A stretch of DNA of 64,000 nucleotides from Actinomycetes bacterium (GTDB taxonomy: Bacteria > Actinomycetota > Actinomycetes > S36-B12): NCBI GenBank assembly GCA_965278945.1, contig OZ257128.1:1608403-1672402 (forward strand), in the 5' to 3' direction. The position numbers and the translations under genes are program-made. Shown here piece after piece: positions 8,815-18,328 of this stretch (the first letter of the stretch is position 1; each line of letters begins with the position of its first letter). The notes beneath the pieces were generated by a model. It did not search any database, was not told the origin of the DNA, and saw only the letters and a program-made list of their open reading frames with translations.

Positions 8815-10500
8815 ATGACGACGACCACGACCAGTTCCGCCCTCGCTGACCTTGCCGAGCGACTGCTCCGTCACATGCTGGGCGCCGAGCCACTCGAGGG
8901 AACGCTCATCGGATTCCGCGAGTACGACCGCGGGCTTGCCGACCTGTCCGTCGAGCGGGAGGACGAGCTGGCGCTCGAACGCGCAGCAATCCGAGAGGCC
9001 GCGATCGCGATCGACCCGGCAACTCTCAGCGAACAGGACGCGCTCACGCGCCTGGTGATCATCGCCCAGATCGACTACACCGACGACTCAGCCGCGGCCG
9101 AGTCGATCGAGTACACCTCGTCCGCCTTCCCGGTGGCTCCTGCGTCAGTGATCCTGACCTACGTCCACATGGTCGTGGCCATGGACGAGACCCAGGCCTA
9201 CGACTACCTCGCCAGGCTGCGAGAGATCCCCCGCTTCCTCGACCAGGCGGCCGACCGACTGGCCATCGGTCGCAGCAAGGGCCTGACGCCCGTGGCGCAT
9301 CTCGTCCAGACCGCCATCGACCAGATCGATCGCTTCCTCGCGGTCGCCCCGAACCCGCTCGGCATCGATGCGCCAGCCGACTGGGACGGCGCCGAGGCGT
9401 GGGCGGCTGAGCAGGCCTCGGTTCTCAGCGAGATCGTGAACCCGGCGTTCGTCCGCCACCGCGAGATCCTCGCGACCGAGGTGCTGCCGAGCGGCCGGTC
9501 GACCGACGAGGTCGGCCTGGTCCACCTGCCCGACGGACTGGCGCGCTACGCCGGGCTCGTTCGGCAGCACACCACGACCGACCGCACCCCCGAGGACCTG
9601 CACACCACGGGCACCGACATGGTCGAGCGCATCCACGCCGAGTTCCGCGAGCTCGGCGACAAGCTCTTCGGCACGACTGACATCCGCGCGATCTTCGACC
9701 GGCTCCAGAACGATCCCGACCTGCGCTGGACCACGTCGCAGGAGATCCTGGACGCGGCGGAGGCGACCGTCCGCCGGGCCGAAGCAGCGTCGGTCGACTG
9801 GTTCGGCCGGCTGCCCGTGGCGATCTGCGCCCTCGAGGCGATCCCCGAGCTCGAGGCGGCCGATGCCGCTCCGGCGTACTACATGCAGCCCGCGCTCGAC
9901 GGCTCGCGACCTGGCACCTACTACACGAACGTCAACAAGCCCGAGGAGCGCACGTCCTTCGACCTCGAGTCGGTGGCGTACCACGAGGCCGTGCCCGGCC
10001 ATCACTTCCAGATCAGCATCGCGCTGGAGACGCCCGACCTGCCGATGATCCGCCGCCTGTCGCTGTTCACCGCTTATGTGGAGGGCTGGGGCCTGTACTC
10101 CGAGCGTCTCGCCGACGAGATGGGCCTGTACTCGTCTGACCTGCAGCGCATGGGCATGCTCTCGGCCGACGTGTGGCGCGCATCGCGACTGGTCGTCGAC
10201 ACCGGCATGCACGCGTTCGGCTGGCCGCGTCAGCGCGCGGTGGACTACCTGCTCGACAACACGCCGGTTGCCCCGATCGACGTCGAGTCGGAGATCGATC
10301 GATACATCGCGATGCCCGGCCAGGCGCTGTCATACATGACGGGTCGGATGGAGATCGAGGCGCTGCGGGCGCGGGCGACGACTGCCCTGGGCGACGCCTT
10401 CGACATCAAGGCGTTCCACGACCTGGTGCTCGCGGCGGGCGCGCTGCCGCTTGCGGTCCTCGGCCAGGTCGTCGACGCCTGGATCGCCGACCAGACCTAG
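8815..10500 (+). CDS. DUF885 family protein
   Basis: [58 protein letters not shown]. Confidence 0.92.
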   Translation: MTTTTTSSALADLAERLLRHMLGAEPLEGTLIGFREYDRGLADLSVEREDELALERAAIREAAIAIDPATLSEQDALTRLVIIAQIDYTDDSAAAESIEYTSSAFPVAPASVILTYVHMVVAMDETQAYDYLARLREIPRFLDQAADRLAIGRSKGLTPVAHLVQTAIDQIDRFLAVAPNPLGIDAPADWDGAEAWAAEQASVLSEIVNPAFVRHREILATEVLPSGRSTDEVGLVHLPDGLARYAGLVRQHTTTDRTPEDLHTTGTDMVERIHAEFRELGDKLFGTTDIRAIFDRLQNDPDLRWTTSQEILDAAEATVRRAEAASVDWFGRLPVAICALEAIPELEAADAAPAYYMQPALDGSRPGTYYTNVNKPEERTSFDLESVAYHEAVPGHHFQISIALETPDLPMIRRLSLFTAYVEGWGLYSERLADEMGLYSSDLQRMGMLSADVWRASRLVVDTGMHAFGWPRQRAVDYLLDNTPVAPIDVESEIDRYIAMPGQALSYMTGRMEIEALRARATTALGDAFDIKAFHDLVLAAGALPLAVLGQVVDAWIADQT

Positions 10501-10515
10501 AACGCAAACCCCTCA

Positions 10516-10545
10516 CGCGAGTGGTCAGTTGTGGTCGTGGAAATC
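10516..10545. repeat. REP-like palindrome copy B, left arm
   Basis: CGCGAGTGGTCAGTTGTGGTCGTGGAAATC; complementary to 11830-11858 except one extra G. Confidence 0.85.
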
Positions 10546-10552
10546 TCGGCAG

Positions 10553-11820
10553 GTTCAATCGGTGAGTGCAACGCCTGAGTGGTGGAGGCGTTGTGGCTGG
10601 TTCGGATCGGTATTACTCGTGGGAGCGGCGTAGGCCGTTCTTCGACGCGATTGCCCATGGTGCGTCGTTTCTGGAGGCGGTCGCGGTGGTGGGCGCGGCG
10701 GGGTCGGCGTGCCAGAAGTGGTGGCGGCAGTCTTCGGGCATGCAATTGACGTTGGGGGTGCGCGGGGGCTTGAGGATTGTTCCTGGCGGGGATGGGTTTG
10801 TCGGGGACAAGTTGACGGCGCTGGAGCGCGATCAGATCGGCACGGGTCTGGCGGCGGGCTTGTCGCAGGCGGCGATCGCGCGTGTGATCGGGCGTAGCGC
10901 GTCGACGGTGTCGCGGGAGGTCCGCCGTAATGCCGGGCCGGATGGGACGTATTACGGGTCGCTGGCGCACGTGAAGGCGTTCCAGCGGGCTCGCCGGCCC
11001 AAGGGTTTCAAGCTGGATGGGCGCGCGGATCTGATCGCGGCCATCACCGGCTGGCTCGATGATGGGTGGAGTCCGCGGCTGATCGCCCTCGTGCTGGCCG
11101 AGCAGGGCGGCGGGGACAAGACTGCACGGGTGTCGCACGAGACGATCTACCAGTCCCTTTACGTGCAGGCGCGCGGGCATCTGCGCGCGGACCTGCATCG
11201 GGCCTTGTCCACGGGCCGTGCCCGGCGCCGATCACGGACCGCGACCCGACGTGGTCCCAGTCCGTTCTCCGATGCCCTGACGATCTCCCAGCGACCCTCC
11301 GAGGTCGATGACCGCGCCGTGCCAGGTCATTGGGAGGGCGACTTGATCCTGGGCACCGGATGCGCCTCGGCGATCGGGACCCTGGTCGAGCGGTCGACCA
11401 GGTTCACGATCCTGCTGCACCTGCCGATCGATCACACCGCGGAGGAAGTCGCCAAGGCGATGATCACAGCGATGGGCGACCTGCCCGAGCACCTGCGCCG
11501 CTCGATCACCTGGGACCGCGGAAGCGAGCTGGCCCGCTGGCGCGACATCCAGATCGCCCTGGACACGCAGTTGTTCTTCTGCGACCCGCACTCACCCTGG
11601 CAGCGTGGCAGCAACGAGAACACCAACCGGCTGCTACGGCACTGGTTCACCAAGGGCACCGACCTGTCCGTCCACGACGTCACCGAGCTACGCCGCGTGC
11701 AGGACAAACTCAACTCCAGACCACGCCCTACCCTTGGACTGAAGACCCCCGCCCAAGCACTCGCGGAATACCTCGAGCAGCAGGCGGCCTAGACAACCGC
11801 GTTGCACTCACCGATTGACA
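10553..11820 (+). mobile_element. IS30-family insertion sequence
   Basis: Perfect 20-bp inverted repeats TCAATCGGTGAGTGCAACGC (10555-10574, 11799-11818) around an IS30 transposase; ends uncertain by 1-2 bp; no clear target duplication. Confidence 0.92.
10566..11792 (+). CDS. IS30-family DDE transposase
   Basis: HTH (LSQAAIARVIGRSASTVSREVRRN), VSHETIYQ, HWEGDLI, TWDRGSE, PWQRGSNENTN. Confidence 0.95.
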   Translation: MQRLSGGGVVAGSDRYYSWERRRPFFDAIAHGASFLEAVAVVGAAGSACQKWWRQSSGMQLTLGVRGGLRIVPGGDGFVGDKLTALERDQIGTGLAAGLSQAAIARVIGRSASTVSREVRRNAGPDGTYYGSLAHVKAFQRARRPKGFKLDGRADLIAAITGWLDDGWSPRLIALVLAEQGGGDKTARVSHETIYQSLYVQARGHLRADLHRALSTGRARRRSRTATRRGPSPFSDALTISQRPSEVDDRAVPGHWEGDLILGTGCASAIGTLVERSTRFTILLHLPIDHTAEEVAKAMITAMGDLPEHLRRSITWDRGSELARWRDIQIALDTQLFFCDPHSPWQRGSNENTNRLLRHWFTKGTDLSVHDVTELRRVQDKLNSRPRPTLGLKTPAQALAEYLEQQAA

Positions 11821-11829
11821 TCGCCCTCC

Positions 11830-11858
11830 GATTTCACGACCACAACTGACCACTCGCG
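11830..11858. repeat. REP-like palindrome copy B, right arm
   Basis: GATTTCACGACCACAACTGACCACTCGCG. Confidence 0.85.
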
Positions 11859-11859
11859 G

Positions 11860-12804
11860 TTAAGAACGAGCAGCGAGGCGGGCCTTCAGGGCGTCGCGCT
11901 TCTCCTCGAATCGGCCGGCTGCAGTGTCCATGTCTGACATGAGCAGCGCGAGCTCCTCACGGGCCTGCTCGCCGACGGGTCCGAAATCCTCGCGCTCGAA
12001 GATGCGCCACTTGCGCAGGATCGGCATGACGACCTCCTCGCGATGCTGGCGGATGTCGTAGATGCCGGCCACCGCGATCTCGACGGACTTGCGAGCGAAG
12101 CCCTCGATGCCGTAGCCCGGCATAGCGAAGTCGCGCACGGACGCGAGGATCGCGGTCATCGTTTCGTCGGGAGCGATCTCAAGAGCGACCTCGATGACGT
12201 TCCGGTAGAAGAGCATGTGCAGGTTCTCGTCGAGCGCGATCCGCGCGAACAACTGCTCGGCGACCGGGTCGCCGGTGGCCGCACCGGTGTTGCGGTGCGA
12301 CACCCGAGTGGCCAGCTCCTGGAACGCGACGTAGGACAAGCCCGGCAGCACGCCGGGATGGATGGCCTTGAAGCCCTCCTCCATGTGGGTCATGCGCGCC
12401 CGCTCCATGGCGATTGGGTCGATCGAGCGCGTGACGAGCAGGTAGTCACGGATGGCGGTGGCGTGACGGCCCTCCTCCGCGGTCCAGCGGCCGACCCACG
12501 TTCCCCAGGCCCCGTCGCGACCGAGGATCGTGGCAATCTCGTAGTGGTAGCTCGGCAGGTTGTCCTCGGTAAGGAGGTTGACGATCAGGCTCGTGCGCGC
12601 CGCGTCGCTGAAGCGCTGCTCGTCGGCTGTCCACTCGCGGCCGCCGAGCGGGCCGGAGAAGTCCTCGCCCTCGCTCCACGGCACGTACTCGTGGGGGAAC
12701 CACTCCTTGGCCGTGCTCAGGTGGCGGTTGAGCTCCCGCTCGACCACTGGTTCGAGGTCCACGAGGAGCCGCTGATCCGAAACACTGTCCGCGAGTGCCG
12801 TCAT
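11860..12804 (-). CDS. desA1: Acyl-ACP desaturase
   Basis: WFPHEYVPW, NLLTEDNLPSYH, WTAEEGRH, FQELAT.VSH, DENLH diiron motifs. Confidence 0.92.
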   Translation of the reverse strand: MTALADSVSDQRLLVDLEPVVERELNRHLSTAKEWFPHEYVPWSEGEDFSGPLGGREWTADEQRFSDAARTSLIVNLLTEDNLPSYHYEIATILGRDGAWGTWVGRWTAEEGRHATAIRDYLLVTRSIDPIAMERARMTHMEEGFKAIHPGVLPGLSYVAFQELATRVSHRNTGAATGDPVAEQLFARIALDENLHMLFYRNVIEVALEIAPDETMTAILASVRDFAMPGYGIEGFARKSVEIAVAGIYDIRQHREEVVMPILRKWRIFEREDFGPVGEQAREELALLMSDMDTAAGRFEEKRDALKARLAARS

Positions 12805-12869
12805 GGGCACAGCCTCCCACATTGGGGATGCGTATCTCCTGCCATGAGGCGGTGCGGGAGGATGCCCTC

Positions 12870-13835
12870 ATGACCAACGCAGACATCAGATGGGGCTTCA
12901 TCGGAGCAGGCAACATCGCCAGGACGGCCCTCGCACCGGCCGTGCACGCGGCGACCGGCGCCCGGCTTGAGGCCGTCGCGGCCCGCGATGCCGAGCGCGC
13001 CCGCGCCCTGAGCCCGTCCGGGGCGTCCTACGACAGCTACGAGGCGCTCGTCACCGACCCGAACGTCGATGCGGTCTACATCTCGCTGAACAACGATCTG
13101 CACGAGCCGTGGACGATCCGCGCCCTCGAGGCGGGCAAGCACGTGCTGTGCGAGAAGCCCCTCGGGCTCGACAGCGCCGAGGTCGCGCGCATGACCGACG
13201 CCGCTGACGCGGCCGGCCTGCTGCTCGTCGAGGCCACGTGGAACCGGTGGCACCCGCGCACCAAGCGAGCCCATGCACTGATCCAGTCCGGGATGATCGG
13301 CGCGGTCACGGAGGTCACGAGCGGGTTCATCGTCGGCGGTGCCGACCCGACCAACTTCCGCTCCCTGCCCAACGGCGGCGGTGCCCTCTACGACCTCGGC
13401 TGCTACAACATCGTTGCCTCCATGTGGGCGACCGGCGGCGTCGTGCCCGAGATCGAGACGGCGTCAATGCGGCTGAACGAGCACGGCGTGGACCTCGAGA
13501 CCCAGGCAAGGTTCAAGCTCGGTGGCGCAACCGTGCTGCTCGAGTGCGCGATGGATCGCCCTCCGGCGCAGTGGCTGAGCATCACCGGGACCGAGGGCAG
13601 CATCGACTTCGCGGAGGACGCGATCATGTCGCGCAACTCTCCCAGCACCCTGACGATCGTCGACTTCCGCGGCACGCGCGTCGAGCACTTCGCTCCCGTC
13701 GACCCGTACACGCTCATGGTCGAGAACGTGTCCGCCGCGATCCGCGGCGAGGCCTGCTACCTGCCGCCGGCCACGCAGTCGGCTCACATGACCGCGATCC
13801 TCGAAGCGATAACCGAAGCTGCATCCCCCGTCTAG
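12870..13835 (+). CDS. Gfo/Idh/MocA oxidoreductase
   Basis: WGFIGAGNIA, AGKHVLCEKP, GGALYDLGCY. Confidence 0.9.
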   Translation: MTNADIRWGFIGAGNIARTALAPAVHAATGARLEAVAARDAERARALSPSGASYDSYEALVTDPNVDAVYISLNNDLHEPWTIRALEAGKHVLCEKPLGLDSAEVARMTDAADAAGLLLVEATWNRWHPRTKRAHALIQSGMIGAVTEVTSGFIVGGADPTNFRSLPNGGGALYDLGCYNIVASMWATGGVVPEIETASMRLNEHGVDLETQARFKLGGATVLLECAMDRPPAQWLSITGTEGSIDFAEDAIMSRNSPSTLTIVDFRGTRVEHFAPVDPYTLMVENVSAAIRGEACYLPPATQSAHMTAILEAITEAASPV

Positions 13836-13854
13836 AACGGCCTTCCGGGGGTAC
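13830..13854 (+). promoter_or_regulatory. Possible SigB/SigF-type promoter GTCT-N15-GGGTAC
   Basis: GTCT 13830-13833, GGGTAC 13849-13854, upstream of the acidic hypothetical gene. Confidence 0.35.
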
Positions 13855-13892
13855 TGTGGAAAGACGAGCAGACCCGAGGGAGGCGATCTGAG

Positions 13893-14372
13893 ATGACCGA
13901 CACCGTGGCTGGATCCGCATCCCCGAACGATGTAGCGCGGATGACCAGTACCAACATGGACAACCCCGGCGACTGCGCGGACCAGGCCGACCGTCTCACG
14001 ATGATCATGGAGGCCGAGGCCACTCACAACGCACTCAACGGCGGCGGGGGCGAGGGCAGCAACGACGACCTGCCCTATCCGCTCGAGGACATCGAGGACG
14101 TCCTCGCTCAGGAGGGTGCCGACGACGCGAGCGATGACCCCATGCATTCGGGCGGGCTGTCCCCCGCGCCGTGGATCTCCGCGGAGCAGGCCGCGATGCA
14201 CGTCATCGATCCCAGTGATCTCGACGACTCCGAGTACGTCGGCGACGAGACCGACCTCGGCCGCGCCGACCCGTTTCGCGATCAGTTCGAGGCGCCGCCG
14301 CGCGACCTGACACCCGAGGACGAGACCATCCTCGGCGTCGATCCGTATGAGGATGGCACTCTTAGCGCATGA
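13893..14372 (+). CDS. Very acidic hypothetical protein with DUF5709-like SAEQAAMHVI motif
   Basis: GGGAGG RBS; D/E-rich, probably disordered; GTGA/ATGA-type 4-bp overlap with next gene. Confidence 0.65.
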   Translation: MTDTVAGSASPNDVARMTSTNMDNPGDCADQADRLTMIMEAEATHNALNGGGGEGSNDDLPYPLEDIEDVLAQEGADDASDDPMHSGGLSPAPWISAEQAAMHVIDPSDLDDSEYVGDETDLGRADPFRDQFEAPPRDLTPEDETILGVDPYEDGTLSA

Positions 14373-15160
14373 CCACCGACAGCCTCGTCGACACCGTCCT
14401 TTACGACGTCCGCGATGGGGTGGCCCTCATCACGCTCAATCGACCCGATCGTCTCAACGCCCTGCTGCCGGACATGGGCCCGAGGTACGCCGCTCTCCTG
14501 CAGCGGGCGGACGCCGATCCCGAGGTGCGCGCCATCGTCGTCACCGGTGCCGGTCGCGGCTTCTGCTCCGGCGCTGATCTGGGCACCCTCGGCTCAGGAC
14601 CCGAGGCGCTCAACGAGTTTCTCGACGGCCAGAACGTCGACACTCTGCCCACGGCGGCTCTGCGCATCGGAACTCCGGTCGCGACGGCGATCAACGGGCC
14701 GTCGGCGGGCATCGGCTTCGTCCTCGCGATCGCTGCAGACGCGCGGTTCGCGTCGCCGTCCGCGACCTTCAGCAGCACCTTCGCACGACTGGGGCTCATC
14801 GCGGAGTACGGATCGACGTGGCTGCTCACCCGCCTCGTCGGCCACGGCCGCGCGAGCGACATCCTGCTCACCGGACGCACTCTCTCGGCGGACGAGGCGC
14901 TCGCGATCGGGCTGGTCAACGACATCGCGGACGACGTCGTCGCGCGTGCCCTCGCCTGGGCGCAGGACGTAGCCGACAACTGCTCTCCGACATCAACGGC
15001 CGTGATCAAGAGCCAGTTGCTGCAGGTCGACGATCAGAGCCTCGAGGAGTCCGTTGACTCGTCTCTCGTCGAGATGCGCGCCGCGTTCGCGCGACCGGAT
15101 CTAGCCGAGGCGATCAGCGCCAAGATCGACAAGCGCAGACCGAAGTTCGCTCCGCGCTAG
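14369..15160 (+). CDS. Enoyl-CoA hydratase/isomerase family protein
   Basis: TLNRPDRLNA, GRGFCSGADL, AINGPSAGIG, RLGLIAEYG. Confidence 0.9.
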   Translation: MTTDSLVDTVLYDVRDGVALITLNRPDRLNALLPDMGPRYAALLQRADADPEVRAIVVTGAGRGFCSGADLGTLGSGPEALNEFLDGQNVDTLPTAALRIGTPVATAINGPSAGIGFVLAIAADARFASPSATFSSTFARLGLIAEYGSTWLLTRLVGHGRASDILLTGRTLSADEALAIGLVNDIADDVVARALAWAQDVADNCSPTSTAVIKSQLLQVDDQSLEESVDSSLVEMRAAFARPDLAEAISAKIDKRRPKFAPR

Positions 15161-15693
15161 TTCAGCACGCCGCAGTGGGCAAGGGCCATGCGCACCAGTC
15201 GGCCCTGCCCCCCGGACATCTCGTCCTGGAACTGCGCCGATGACGCCTCGGCCGGACTGACCCACACCAGGTCGAGCGCATCCTGCGACGGCTCGCAGTC
15301 TCCGTCGATCGGCACGACGAACGCGAGAGCGACCGCGTGCTGGCGCGGATCATGGAAGCCCGTGACCTCCGGGCTCGGGAAGTACTCCACCACGGTGAAC
15401 GGCTGCGGGGATGCCGGCACGCGTGGCAGCGCCATGATCCCGAGGTCCTTCTCGATATGACGAAGCAGTGCGTCGCGCACTCGCTCGCCGTACAGGACGC
15501 GACCGGACACCACCGCGCGGGACAGCTGGCCGTTGGGCATGGCACGAAGCAGGAGGCCGATCGACGTCACCTGGCCGAGGGCATCGACCCGGACGGGGAC
15601 CGCGTCGACATACACGATCGGCAGCCGTTCGCGGGCCGTGGCCAGTTCCTCGTCGGACAGCCATGTGGCGTGGGAATCGAGAATGTCGCTCAC
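15157..15693 (-). CDS. NUDIX-like hydrolase (DUF4916)
   Basis: RLPIVYVDAVPVRVD, SGRVLYGERVRDALLRHIEKDLG, HDPRQHAVALA. Confidence 0.85.
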   Translation of the reverse strand: MSDILDSHATWLSDEELATARERLPIVYVDAVPVRVDALGQVTSIGLLLRAMPNGQLSRAVVSGRVLYGERVRDALLRHIEKDLGIMALPRVPASPQPFTVVEYFPSPEVTGFHDPRQHAVALAFVVPIDGDCEPSQDALDLVWVSPAEASSAQFQDEMSGGQGRLVRMALAHCGVLN

Positions 15694-15713
15694 GGCACGA
15701 CCATACTGTCCGC

Positions 15714-16340
15714 ATGTTGGGTGCACTCCTCACCGGCCTTGCCATCGGCGCGTTGGCCGCCGCGAACGTGGGACCGATCTGGCTGCTGTGCGTGCGCACC
15801 AGCACGCGGTTCGGCTGGCGGTCCGGCGCAGCCATCGGAATCGGTGCGTCGATCGTCGATTTCGCCTACGCGATCCTCGGCGCCCTCGGCGCTGCGGCGC
15901 TGCTGCAGTTCGCGCCGCTGCGCATCGGGCTCGGGCTGGCCGGCGCGGCCGTCCTAATCTTCATCGGCGCGCGGACCCTACGCGACGCGTTCCGTGTACG
16001 CATGGGAGCCGAGGACGACTCCGAGGTGCTGCGTCCCCGGCACGCACTACGCACCGGACTCATCGCGACCGCCTCCAACCCGCTGACGATCCTGACCTGG
16101 GCAGCGGTCTTCTCCGGTGCGGCTGTCGCGAACGTGGCCGCCGGTTCGTCCACCGCAATCGCCTTCATTGTAGGAATCGGCCTCGGCTCGCTCGCCTTCC
16201 ACATCGGACTGTCGGGGGTCGCGTCGGCCGTGGGCGGCCGGATGGGCACGACTGCGCTGAAGTGGACCGACGCCGTCAGCGGCATGGGCCTCATCGGATT
16301 CGGGGCACTGCTCGGGGTCCGCACTGTGCGCGAGGGCTGA
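15714..16340 (+). CDS. LysE/RhtB family translocator
   Basis: GPIWLLCVRTS..FGWRSG..IG.G...VDF.YA; TASNPLTILTW. Confidence 0.85.
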   Translation: MLGALLTGLAIGALAAANVGPIWLLCVRTSTRFGWRSGAAIGIGASIVDFAYAILGALGAAALLQFAPLRIGLGLAGAAVLIFIGARTLRDAFRVRMGAEDDSEVLRPRHALRTGLIATASNPLTILTWAAVFSGAAVANVAAGSSTAIAFIVGIGLGSLAFHIGLSGVASAVGGRMGTTALKWTDAVSGMGLIGFGALLGVRTVREG

Positions 16341-16360
16341 CGACGGGTTACCGTCTTCCC

Positions 16361-16822
16361 ATGGCTCACAGCTCCCCCGCCAGCGACGGCGCGACCCGAC
16401 CCGACGGCACTAACTACGCGCTCGTCAAGGACGAGTCCGACTGGAAGGGCGAGCTGAACCCGCTTGAGTACCACGTGCTGCGCGAGGCCGGCACCGAGGC
16501 GCCGTTCGTCGGCGAGTACACCGACACCAAGACCGAGGGCGTGTACCGCTGCCGGGCCTGCAGTGCCGAGCTGTTCCGCAGCGATGCGAAGTTCGACTCG
16601 CACTGCGGCTGGCCCAGTTTCTACGCACCGCTCGCCAAGGACAGTGTCGTGTACATCGAGGACCGCAGCCTGGGCCGCGTGCGCACCGAGGTCCGCTGCG
16701 CGACGTGCGGTGGCCACCTCGGCCACGTGTTCGAGGGCGAGGGCTACGGGACGCCCACCGACCTTCGCTACTGCATCAACTCCATCTCGATGACCCTCGA
16801 GCCAGCGGGCGAGAACTCCTAG
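16361..16822 (+). CDS. msrB: Peptide-methionine (R)-S-oxide reductase
   Basis: GTEAPF.GEY, CRAC, HCGWPSF, CATCGGHLGHVF, RYCINS. Confidence 0.97.
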   Translation: MAHSSPASDGATRPDGTNYALVKDESDWKGELNPLEYHVLREAGTEAPFVGEYTDTKTEGVYRCRACSAELFRSDAKFDSHCGWPSFYAPLAKDSVVYIEDRSLGRVRTEVRCATCGGHLGHVFEGEGYGTPTDLRYCINSISMTLEPAGENS

Positions 16823-16826
16823 CCCG

Positions 16827-17678
16827 TTATCCCCCAGCGGCGATGAGCATGACGCCGAACAGGGCCGCGCCCACACCCGCGTACTGCACGCCGCGCAGCC
16901 GCTCCCGAAGGAAGATCGCCGCGAGCACTGCCGTGACGACCGGGTAGAGGTCACCCAGGACCGCCGTCACGGACAGCAGTCCCATCGTCGTGGCGAACCC
17001 GAACATGACGTTCGCCCCGGCATCGAGAATGCCGATCGTCACCAGCGGCACCGCATCGCGCGGCCGGGCTCCCCCGATGTTGCGCGCGACAAGGAACACG
17101 AATGCGTAGATCACCACGGTCGTCACGCGCATGCCGGTCATCGTCATGAGCGGGTCGTGCTTGCTGCCCTCGGCCATGAGCACGAACATGCCGCCGAATC
17201 CGATCGCCGCGACGCCCGCGAGGATCAGCGGCTTGGCACTCTCGGCGCCCGTCAGCTCCGGACCGCTGGCCAGCAGGATGCCCAGGATCGCCACCACGAT
17301 GCCGACCAGCTGAATGGGCTCGGGAAGCTCGCCACGGAGCAGCGACACCACGACCGGCACGAGCACGGCGAGCGCCACGAGTGGCGAGACGATGCCCATC
17401 GGGCCGATCGCCAGCGCCTTGTAGAAGGAGATCATCGCGATCATGCCCAGGACCGAGGCGGCTATCGCCCATGGCCAGTAGCCCGGATCGGCGCCCCAGC
17501 CGCCCGTCGCCGTGGCGATGATGACAAGGAAGACGAACCCGACCGCCTGGGACAGCCCGTAGACCGCGATCGCGGGTAGCCGTCGAGTGAGAACGCCCCC
17601 GAGGAAGTCCGACGTGCCCCACATGAGGGAGGAGACGACTGCGAGGAGGGCCGCCACGGCAGTCACTCTAGGCGTCAC
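16827..17678 (-). CDS. EamA/DMT family transporter
   Basis: WGTSDFLGG, FYKALAIGPMGIVSP, LYPVVTAVLA; true start may be GTG 17657. Confidence 0.85.
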   Translation of the reverse strand: MTPRVTAVAALLAVVSSLMWGTSDFLGGVLTRRLPAIAVYGLSQAVGFVFLVIIATATGGWGADPGYWPWAIAASVLGMIAMISFYKALAIGPMGIVSPLVALAVLVPVVVSLLRGELPEPIQLVGIVVAILGILLASGPELTGAESAKPLILAGVAAIGFGGMFVLMAEGSKHDPLMTMTGMRVTTVVIYAFVFLVARNIGGARPRDAVPLVTIGILDAGANVMFGFATTMGLLSVTAVLGDLYPVVTAVLAAIFLRERLRGVQYAGVGAALFGVMLIAAGG

Positions 17679-17725
17679 GGCGCGGCGAGAGCGACACCTG
17701 CCGTGCGGACGCCTAGCCTGCGGGA

Positions 17726-18328
17726 ATGAGGACGATTCCCACGCGCGCCGACGGGTTTGCGCTCGCCCTCGAGCAGGTCAAGGCGGTGATCGTCCGTCCC
17801 GAGTTCGACCTCGAGGAGGCCCCCGCGCCCTCCCGGCTGGCTCCTTCTTCCCTGGCCCTCACCCTCGACCGCTCCGATCCCGAGGCCGTCGAGGCCTCCG
17901 GTCGGTTCGTCCTGCTGCACGATCCCGACGGGGTCGACGAATGGGAGGGCTCATTCCGGGCGGTCGTCTTCGTCCGCGCCGAGCTCGAGGCCGACCTCAT
18001 CGACGAGCAGATGCTGCACGACGTCGGCTGGAGCTGGGTCACCGACTCGCTCGCCGGTGCCGATGCCCACGTCACCCAGCTCGGCGGCACGGTCACGCGC
18101 ACGTCGGGTCGGTCGTTCGGCACCATGAGCGATCGTCCGTCCGATGGCTATGTCGAGATCCGTGCATCGTGGACGCCGCTGGAGGATCCCGACACCGGCT
18201 TGGTCATGGACGACTTCGGCCTGCACGTGGCGGCCTGGGTCGACCTCACCGCGCACGCCGTGGGCCTGCCTCCCGTGCCCCGAGGCGTCACGCACGTGGA
18301 GTCCATGCGTCGTCGAAGTCGCAGATGA
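17726..18328 (+). CDS. DUF3000 family protein
   Basis: EEAPAPSRLAP, GRFVLLHDP, VGWSWVTD, EIRASWTP. Confidence 0.9.
   Translation: MRTIPTRADGFALALEQVKAVIVRPEFDLEEAPAPSRLAPSSLALTLDRSDPEAVEASGRFVLLHDPDGVDEWEGSFRAVVFVRAELEADLIDEQMLHDVGWSWVTDSLAGADAHVTQLGGTVTRTSGRSFGTMSDRPSDGYVEIRASWTPLEDPDTGLVMDDFGLHVAAWVDLTAHAVGLPPVPRGVTHVESMRRRSRR

Noticed and set aside
10546-11829. Target-site duplication for the IS30 element
   Set aside because: Flanks TCGGCAG and TCGCCCTCC show no convincing 2-3 bp direct repeat at the junctions
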